From the NCBI RefSeq assembly GCF_001194135.2, contig NC_068988.1:3090388-3150330 (forward strand): a stretch of DNA of 59,943 bases, written 5' to 3'. The notes below the pieces were generated by a model that ran no database searches, was not told the DNA's origin, and saw only the letters and a list, made by a program, of their open reading frames with translations. Shown piece after piece: positions 50,935-59,943 of this stretch (its first letter is position 1; the number at the start of each line of letters is the position of its first letter). Origin of the DNA: Octopus bimaculoides (taxonomy: Eukaryota). Made by a program: the position numbers and the translations under genes.

Positions 50935-51670
50935 ACTCCCTCAAATGGTTGGTGGGATCATTAGAAGTAGTAAATAGCTTCTGTTACCTAGGAGACTAAG
51001 CAGTGGGGAGGAAGTTCTCAAAGTGTAGTTGCTAGAATAAGAACGGACCAGACAAAGTTCAGAGAGCTTCTACCTTTGTTGGTAACTAAGGGCCTCTCCC
51101 TCAGAGAGAAAGGCAGATTGTATGATGCCCATGTACGAACAGCTATGCTACATGGCAGTGAAACATGGGCTTTGACTACAGAGGACTTGTGAAGGATTAA
51201 AAGAAATGAAACTAGCATGCTCTGCTGAATGGTAATGCCAGTGTGCATGCACAACAGAGTGTAAATGATTTAAGAGGAAAACTGTGTATAAGAGACATCA
51301 GATGTTGTGAGCGAGAGAGAAGACTGCGCTGGTTCGGTCATGTGATGCATATGGATGAGGACAGCTGTGTAAAGAAGTGCCGAACTCAGACTGTGGAGGG
51401 TACCTGTGGGAGGGGTAGACCCAGGAAGATGTAGAACAGTGAAAGGATCTTTGGACACGGGGCCTCACTGAGAAAATGTCAAGGGACCAGGAGCTGTGAT
51501 GATTTGCTGTCCTTGAAAAGATGCATCAAGCTAAGTAAAGTTGCTGCCATCCATACATACAAGCTTGTCCTTTACAGGTGCCACATGAAAACGCACTCAT
51601 GCTGGTGCTGTGTAAATGCACCCATACCAGGTTGGAAAATAGACATTAAAAAATGGTGCTGATGATGATG
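50935..51670 (+). mobile_element. Decayed RTE LINE, RT C-terminus to (GAT)n tail
   Basis: SLEVVNSFCYLGD, RTAMLHGSETWALT, RLRWFGHVMHMDEDSCVKKCR..GRGRPRK. Confidence 0.85.
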
Positions 51671-51722
51671 ATATATGTATATTGTGTGTATTACACACAC
51701 ACACACACACATATATATATAA

Positions 51723-51812
<90 letters not shown>

Positions 51813-51940
51813 TTCATTTAAAATCCTTATATCCAACAGGTATGGGTTTGGTGGTTTGATAGGGTCCAAAATTTTGGAGGAATGGTTTATGCTCTGAAAA
51901 AGGCAGAAAATAACAAATTTAAGACTTTTCAAGTAAATAT

Positions 51941-52100
51941 ATTAATCCTTTTAATACTAACTTGCCTAAGAATGCTTCTGGTTCAAACTTCCAATCAAAT
52001 TTCATCTTAGTTTAATATTTCAAACAATATTGATTTATTTTATTAAATTCTCCATTATTTTAAATATTGAATGAAACAAAGACAGTATATTTCAACAGAC
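51941..52100. mobile_element. TTAA-type MITE, decayed
   Basis: TTAATCCTTTTTAATAC..TGAAACAAAGACAGTATATTTCAACAGA. Confidence 0.55.
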
Positions 52101-53986
52101 CTTGTTTTTGTTTTTGAATTACTAATTTGAGATTCTAAAAATACACCAAACTACCTGGACTTGAACCAGATTACTATTGCTTACGTCATTGTATTTATGC
52201 TCAGCCACTGTATTTTCTCCAACCTATTTTCTCCATATGCCAACTTTGCATATTGATAGTTATTATATAGTTAAACTTTTCTTCATTCTTCTCCCTTCAA
52301 AGATATATAACCTGGTACCTATAGACAGTAAAATAATATATTGATTGAAATGTTAGAAAAAAAAAATGATATACAACATCAATAAGAGTAATGAAAAGGA
52401 AAAAGTGATGATAACAGTCTGAAAACTGAATTATTGATTGAAGGCAATATCACAACTAAAAAATAGAGAAGTATAATTACCAGAGGCTAAAATAGAAACT
52501 AAATTGAACTGACAGATATCGAAGCATAAATTTGAATGTACTTGTAAAAACGTTGCTGAACATAATCCACAATGGTTAATGATAGTGTCTGCTTCATATA
52601 TGTAATCAATAAGGAATTTACTCAGACACAAATATTCTGTGTCCATTTGACTGTTCTTTGATTTATGAATGATGAGAGTCTAGCTAAATTGATGACCTTT
52701 CAACTACAAGATGGTGGATGGGCGAGAGAAGAAAAACTATCATAATTCCTTATTTACTATTTGTGATGAAGTTGATGCTAATGCTGATTCTGTAGCAACT
52801 TTAGTTTTCTAATTGATCAGCTTCACAACTCCACAGATGCAAATTGACAGACTGTTTAGTAAATTTCTTTCTTCATAAACAATATAAGAAAAATCATACC
52901 TTCAGATTAAAAGGCCACAAACATTGACTCCATAAAACATCTAAGGTTAAATGTTGTTTGACCTTCTTCAACAAAGTAATATGGCAAAATATAGAAGTCG
53001 ATTAGAAAAATTATCAGCAATTTGAAGCTATATTATAGATATATTTGAATTGAATTGAAATCATTCTAAGATTGCACATATGCATATGTCATAATAGATA
53101 TCTCTAACTTTAATATGCGATCAAGTAAGTCTGTATATTATAAGAGAATGTGTTAGATTTTAATGCAGAAATTATTTGTTATTCTGTAATTCCATTAAAA
53201 ATATTTCTCATTGATTATTCAATATCCATTGTGGCTGTTTTAGGAATGTAATTTAGTAACTAAAAATAAACCTAACACAACTGAAAGAAAGGTTTCTTGT
53301 ATTGGCACAAAAGCAAATGTTTATAAAGGATGTGATAGAATGCAAAATGCATAAAGTATCAAAGTTTTGAGTTCAAATATTCTTGTGTTTTCTTGTTATT
53401 TCCAAATTTCTTTGCAGATGTCTCACTTCCCCAAGCTATTAAGAATAGATACTGGATTATGTTGCATGGTACCATCAAAAGACTAGAACCCTATACAACG
53501 TAAGGTTTTTCTCTCTTTTGCTTTTATCAGTAAATGAAGGACAATCCCCCACAAATACATTGTGGCTCAGGTGGAATTTATATTATACTCTAAATTTGTT
53601 TTAAAGGAGTTTAGTCATCAGAATCCACCAAAGTTTGCTTTCGTATCTGGAACAGCATATGCAGACATTGTAGCCTGCATCTGATTGGCATAAAATTGTT
53701 TGTCTTTAATTAATTAGATTTACTGACATTTGTGGAATTTTGGTTTACAAATGTTTTATCTTTTCACTCTGTTCTATTACAACTATTGCGGCCGCTGCTC
53801 CACAGAGCTGATGAAGTTTGTTCTACCTCCCCTTACCCCTCTTCAGGCCTTATACTAATCCCTACACCTACTTCTTCCTTTTGGAACATCATGTCATCTC
53901 CACTACTTTTCCCATCCATGTTTTTCTCACATCAACCAATTTGTAGCTGTTGAAGCAGGACAATAAACCCTTTTTGCCTCACTCAC

Positions 53987-54105
53987 CTCGAGACGTTGAT
54001 CCTGTTCGTCTCACTGGCCTCAAAGCACATATGATAGTTCTGGGCACTGCACCTTCCTCCAGCCAAACCATTTTCCAAGATAAAGAAAAAAATGTCTGCT
54101 ATTTT
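53987..54105 (-). other. Candidate exon of an unidentified transcript
   Basis: Acceptor TTTCTGTTTCAG and donor GAG|GTGAGT; one frame open (KIADIFFFILENGLAGGRCSAQNYHMCFEASETNRINVS). Confidence 0.35.
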
Positions 54106-55255
54106 CTGAAACAGAAAGGATGAAATGCAAACTGTGCTAAGATATAATTTCAAAAGGTAGAATAACATAACTAAATGCCGCAAGTCATTTAGTGTGACAC
54201 TACTTACACCTGACTTATTGTCTTTACACTGAGAGTAATACAGAATGTTTAACATAAACAGCTTCAGTCATTGGTCTATGGGTAGTTTCTGCAATAAATA
54301 ATTAAATATTTTCAGAGCTTCTAAAAGTCTTACAATGGCTGCAGGCTGTGTCTGGTTTTATGACATGAAGCAGATGGAAGATATATCTCTTCCTTTTCAC
54401 AGGCAAATTCAAGCAAATAGAGTCATTATTATTTTTCTATTATTTTTTATCCAGGAACATAAACTCAATGACTGTGGTAAGCTTTGATCTCATAACCGTT
54501 TGTTTTAATAACAGGTGGCTCAATAGATGAGACAATGGTGCGCAGTATTTCTCATGATCAAACTAAACCGACACTAAATAAAATTAATCATAGCAATGGA
54601 AATATAAACTGAGAAAAAAAAATAGCAGTTTCTTTCTTATATGCAGTTAGGAGTATGTTTGTGTAGAGAAGAATTGAACAGGAGTTAATATTGCATATGT
54701 ATGTATGTATGTATGTATGCATGCATGTATGTGTGCATGTATATATAAGTATATCATCCTGATCATTATTTTAATGTTTGCTTTTCCATATTGGCATAGA
54801 AGAGAGGATATTGTGGCAGAGTTTTCTGGTCTCAACTCTTACCTTTTCTTAAAGAATGTGGTAGTTCCTTAATGCCTGACACATCTCTCATTGAAGATTG
54901 GAAACTTAGCTGATTGGACCATTGATATTACTACCTCTCTATTCAGACAGTCTACTTTCCCTGCTGCTACAGACCACCTTCTTCTGATGAGGTAAGTTGC
55001 ATGTAATCTTTTGTGCTGCAGACAGTATGCACAGATCTGCATCAAATATGCAACTCTATTAGAAACAGCTGTAAAGTACAACCTACTCACCTTTTTCCCA
55101 TCAGTGACAAGTTTTCATCAGTAACACTATTGATTTTACTTACCTATCTAAGTCACATCAACACTGTGAACTTCTTTTCTACCTCATTCTGGAGTATGCC
55201 CATCTATATCTCAATCATTAATGACTTTTCACATTCCAATCTGTTCCTGGTTCCC

Positions 55256-55290
<35 letters not shown>

Positions 55291-55352
55291 CATACATGTA
55301 TGCTATAAATTGATTTGATAACTTGCGACTGCCATCTTATGCTTTTGCTGTA

Positions 55353-55402
<50 letters not shown>

Positions 55403-56790
55403 ATAAATATACATACAAATATATATAATTTTTTAGGTCATTTAATTTTTCACAGCTATTCAATGGACCAATTGAGTAAACTTATCAATAACGAATCTCA
55501 TAGTGATACACAGTAAGATTGAAACAAAAACCAAACTAGGCTGGAGGTTATATGTTTATGTCTATAAATCTTCTACTATAATAAGACTCTTGTGTTTTTC
55601 TCCATCACAACATATGAATGATAAAGAAAGGGGTGATAGATGAATAAGGAAGGAAGGGGTGATGGCAAAACTGGTAGTGGGATGATGGAAGTTCTACAGT
55701 GAAAATAAAAAAGAAATCAAACAGCATTTCAACTCTGTGTGAGTATATATGTGTATGTGTGTGTGTAGAAGGGATGTATGTGAATGTTTGTATGTGTGAT
55801 TATTATGTACTGTATTTCGTACCTTATTTATATATATAAAATACTACAATTAGCCATCATTTTTGACATCACGGGGTCAGCTAGTATATATATATATATA
55901 TATATATATATNNNNNNNNNNNNNNNNNNNNNNNNNNNNNNNNNNNNNNNNNNNNNNNNNNNNNNNNNNNNNNNNNNNNNNNNNNNNNNNNNNNNNNNNN
56001 NNNNNNNNNNNNNNNNNNNNNNNNNNNNNNNNNNNNNNNNNNNNNNNNNNNNNNNNNNNNNNNNNNNNNNNNNNNNNNNNNNNNNNNNNNNNNNNNNNNN
56101 NNNNNNNNNNNNNNNNNNNNNNNNNNNNNNNNNNNNNNNNNNNNNNNNNNNNNATATATATATATATATATATATATAGATATATATATACATTTGAGTA
56201 AATTTCTCCAAACAAGACATTGGTGAAAAACAACTGTTTTCTTAAACTTTCACTAGACATTATTTGTGTGCTTTTCATTTCTGGCGTTCAGAAAAGTATT
56301 TAATGAAACATTAATATTCTGTTGATTTGTCAAAATACTCAGCTTAATTAATTTTTTTTATTATTTTTATGTTTATTAATCTGCATTATTTAATCTTTAC
56401 ATAAATTTTCTAATTTATGTCCACAGTAACATTCATGCTAATGATACCTCTAAATTACAGTAAAAACAATTACTATATTGCTAATTGAGTCTGAAAGTCG
56501 AATTATATTCTGTCTATCAACAGCTTCAATTAGCAACAGAAGCTTGGTCTGTAACTCTATGCTATTAAACTTGTTATATTTTTTTAATTTCTATTATAGA
56601 TATAAAAATATTTTGCTCACAAGATCTGAAATTATCTTTTCTACATAGAAATTAGCGTGCCTATCTATGTCTGAACCATTTTGAAATTTTCACATTCCAG
56701 ACTTTTCCTGATTTCTTGCTGTATGTATGTATGTATGTATGTATGTGTGTGTGTCTGTGTGTGGATGGATGGATGCATGCATGTATGTAT

Positions 56791-56901
56791 GTCATTATTC
56801 AGTTTATTTCAAGATTTCTTGCCAATAGAGAAAGAATCGGTTTCTAACCTAGATCCAAGGCTTCTTCATTAGAATTTCAACATCAACAACAAAGTGTTTT
56901 T
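56791..56901 (+). mobile_element. ~110-bp interspersed element embedded in (TATG)n, copy 2
   Basis: Near-identical to 50580-50690. Confidence 0.8.
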
Positions 56902-56984
56902 GTGCATATGTATGTATGTATGTATTTATGTATGTATGTTTTATGTATCTCTTCCCATGCACTTAGTAGTTGCATATCTAGACA

Positions 56985-57165
56985 TGCTCACATATATTTA
57001 AATGATAAATTTCTGGAAAGGTATCCAAGAGGTCAAGAAAAGTCACTTGAAAGGCCTCTGCAATGATGGGAAAACGATTTAGTAAAGTGATTGTGTTAAG
57101 TCGGAATAAAATGGTGCAATCAAGACAGAATTGGAAGCGCATTGTGACCAGTGGTGTGTACATGT
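56985..57165 (+). mobile_element. Second RTE-type LINE C-terminal relic
   Basis: ERYPRGQEKSLERPLQ*WENDLVK, similar to the W.PR..KR..GRP..RW.DD RTE end motif. Confidence 0.5.
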
Positions 57166-57804
57166 ATAGTGAGAATTTACAAAAAAACAAAAGACAAAGA
57201 CGGGTGTGTAAACAACAAACAGATGTATTAGTTTAATGCTTGGGAAGTGAGAAAGTCTTTTACATTTCAAGCCTACGCTCTCCGACAGAAAGGAACACAG
57301 AAATAAACATAGTTTGTTTGTGAGAAACTGGCTCAGTTACCATGTGGATGAAGTGACTTTTCAGGTTTCTAGCTGACATCCAACTGATTAACAGGATGTT
57401 GCTCACCAACCTCTGGGTTAGAGCTATGCTGTCTCATTTCTTTCCCTATCTACTGTGACTATACTCACTTGTGCTTATCAGAGTTGTTCTGAATTCATAT
57501 CTTACAATGGTTAACTTGCTCCTCATTCTGTCGGAGTTTATAAAATAAAGCACTTGTGAAGGACTCTTTAGTGGACTTTAAGTATAAGATAAAAAAGCTG
57601 CTTACCACAAATAGATTTATATTCCCAACCATTTTCACCTTATACACAAATTATTCTCTATTCACAATCAATCCTCTTTCTTTAAAATCACCTTTTATTT
57701 TTCTAATATATTTTTAAACACCTGCAAATTATTCAATTTTGACATTTCTTAATGTTACAGAAAGAAAAAAAAAACAGAAAAGAAAATATCAATAAATTAC
57801 TCAC

Positions 57805-57864
57805 CACCACCACCACCAGTACAAAACATCAAGCACAAACCAATCATAAGAACGTTAGCACCAA
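57805..57864 (-). other. Candidate 60-nt symmetric exon
   Basis: TATCTATTTCAG| ... |GTGAGT; only the phase 1-1 frame is open (GANVLMIGLCLMFCTGGGG). Confidence 0.3.
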
Positions 57865-58584
57865 CTGAAATAGATACATTACTTTAGCAAACCTATCTTT
57901 CACATCCACTTTTGGTAAAAGTCTGACCAACTTTCACTCCCACCACAACCACCACTGCCAACACACATCACTGGCACAGACAGGAATATATACATGAGCT
58001 AAAGAAACTATGTCCAGTGGGACATAGTTTAAAAAAGAAAAGAGAAATTAGATTCAACACCTTTGAAATAACATAAAAGTGACAACACAATGGCCACAGT
58101 TGTGTCTAATGTTTTGTACAATATCTGTAGATGCATCACAATAAGTAGAAATGCACAAGACAAACACGTGCCAAGGGGGAGCAGAAAGTCAAAAAACATA
58201 CAGAAATATTTTCACTACAAAACTGAAATACACTGACACGTGTATGCACTCTTGTGTACATACACATGCACACATATATATGCAATTAAAAACAAAACAA
58301 TGGACACAAGCATAGTTAAGTGGTGAAATGTTTGTTTCTTAACCAGATGACTTTGGAGTTAGATCCTGCTACATGTAACGTTGGTTATGTGTCTTCTGTT
58401 GTTATCTCAGGTTTACCAAAACCTTTGCAAATGGAATTTGGTGGGCAAAAATATTCCCCATCTTGTTCACATATATTTATTTGTTTCATGCCTGTTTTCC
58501 ATGTTAACATGCGTTGGACAAATGCAATTATTAATGGCAGTGTTTTAATGATGGATGCTTTTGCTGTCACTAACCTTAGCTATA

Positions 58585-58940
58585 TTCTTTTACTTGTTTC
58601 AGTCATTTGACTACAGCCTTTAGCTGAACAAATCGACCCCAGGACATATTCTTTGTAAGCCTAGTACTTATTTTTTTGCCGAACCGCTAAGTTACGGGGA
58701 CGTAAACACACCAGCATCGTTTGTCAAGCGATGTTGGGAGGGACAAACACACACACAAACATATACACACACATACATATATACGACGGGCTTCTTTCAG
58801 TTTCCGTCTACCAAATCCTCTCACAAGGCTTTGGTCGGCCCGAGGCTATAGTAGAAGACACTTGCCCAAGGTGTCACGCAATGGGACTGAAACTAGAACC
58901 ATGTGGTTGGTAAGCAAGCTACTTCCCAGACAGCCACTCC
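58585..58940 (-). mobile_element. SINE family A, young near-full-length copy
   Basis: CpG-intact reverse complement of the family A sequence. Confidence 0.9.
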
Positions 58941-59154
58941 TGGTGTAGTTTTAGTTAATACCTAAGTGGACTCACACATAACTTTCTTCTTAATAAGGAT
59001 AAATATGAATCTCCTAGATCATATTCTGTTTTTTCCTTTCACAAGTCCTTTATTTAAAAAAATTGTTTATACTTCTTGCCCTGAAGAGTAATGCAATATA
59101 TAATTAATTTAATTTAATCTAAGTAATTTTATTAATTCTATTCAACAATGGATT

Positions 59155-59194
59155 TGCAAGATTTTTATATCGCTGTACGAAACGATCGTCTGCA
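59155..59194 (+). ncRNA. Decayed hammerhead motif (CUGA deleted)
   Basis: TGCA-[ctga]AGAT...GAAACGATCGTC|TGCA: palindromic stem III ACGATCGT, GUC triplet, stem I TGCA/TGCA. Confidence 0.4.
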
Positions 59195-59434
59195 TGAATC
59201 AAAATTCTCTTATCTACTTTAACACCTTCTCTTCTCCATTTTTATCAAAATTGTTGAGTTTTATGGGATTCTTTTCCATAAATTCACAACACACCATATT
59301 CAAGTATTACTTTCATATTCGCAATTATACACCGCTAATCTACCAGCAAAATACGAAGAATCTATATTAGAAATCTTTTTTTGGAAACCTCCAAATTAAA
59401 GGACGAATCTAATTCAACCTTTTTACACAAACGT

Positions 59435-59469
<35 letters not shown>

Positions 59470-59649
59470 CATACATACGTACATACAGATAGATAGATAC
59501 ATACATACATATTATGTACAGACACACACAGATAAACACTCACACATATATATATATACATATATAAATGCATAAATTTAAGACAATAAAATGTTCCCCG
59601 ATGATCCGTTGTGGTTAAGCATCTATATACACTTGCAACACGTAATGCA

Positions 59650-59690
59650 GGTTTTCAAACAACCAAAATGTTGAAACGCGCGTAGAAACC
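59650..59690 (+). ncRNA. Decayed hammerhead motif (core partly deleted)
   Basis: GGTTTT-C[tgatg]A-AACA accaaaa TGTT-GAAACGCGCGTA|GAAACC: stems I and II and palindromic stem III intact, GUA triplet. Confidence 0.45.
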
Positions 59691-59734
59691 AATAATGATT
59701 TAAAATTTTGTCACAGATCCCCGCAATTTCGTGG

Positions 59735-59885
59735 AAGGGGACAAATCGATTTTATCAACCGCATGCTCAACTGGTATTTATTTTATCGACCATGACAGAA
59801 TGAAAAGCAACGCTGATCGTTAAGATGGACGAAATACCACTATGTATTTTGTCCGTCGTGATAATGGTGCTGCCAGTTCGCCGTT
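59735..59885 (-). mobile_element. SINE family D, decayed, internally deleted
   Basis: Reverse complement of the 13688-13915 motifs (CTGGTATTTATTTTATCGAC; CTGCCAGTTCGCC). Confidence 0.65.
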
Positions 59886-59897
59886 CTTAATCCAATA

Positions 59898-59898
<1 letters not shown>

Positions 59899-59940
<42 letters not shown>
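59899..59940. repeat. (CA)n microsatellite
   Basis: Direct inspection. Confidence 0.95.

Positions 59941-59943
<3 letters not shown>

Noticed and set aside
53805-53830. CTGATGA occurrences at 53808, 54985, 38216 and minus-strand 31506 and 36606
   Set aside because: No stem II-GAAA follows
54947-54997. Plus-strand 45-nt exon candidate ending GAG|GTAAGT
   Set aside because: Isolated with no partner exons; such sites arise by chance in 60 kb

Overview
This is AT-rich, repeat-dense animal DNA with ten N-gaps, most flanked by (TA)n. The SINE and LINE families match those I recognise from Octopus (inference, probably an O. bimaculoides-type short-read assembly). No complete protein-coding gene, rRNA, true tRNA gene or CRISPR array is supportable. 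Nearly all listed ORFs are microsatellite, gap or retroelement artefacts. The window holds (i) many copies of at least four tRNA-derived SINE families, (ii) fragments and 3' ends of RTE-clade LINEs with (GAT)n tails, plus CR1-like and possibly DIRS-like relics, (iii) TTAA/piggyBac-type and Mutator-type MITEs, (iv) Penelope-like (PLE) relics, and (v) micro- and minisatellites. The most notable signals are four decayed minimal type-I hammerhead ribozyme motifs with palindromic stem III (16849, 30313, 59155, 59650), one of them inside a tRNA-headed SINE-like element. Also notable are a tandemly repeated hairpin plus H-type pseudoknot module with compensatory changes in the RTE 3' UTR, a decayed ~310-codon unknown ORF (22288-23229), and a distinct 2.2-kb block (45444-47650). 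That block carries a TGA-free, TAA/TAG-interrupted reading frame and a ~20-unit array of composite kB/STAT/HSE-like motifs. All assignments are by eye; no database search was run.
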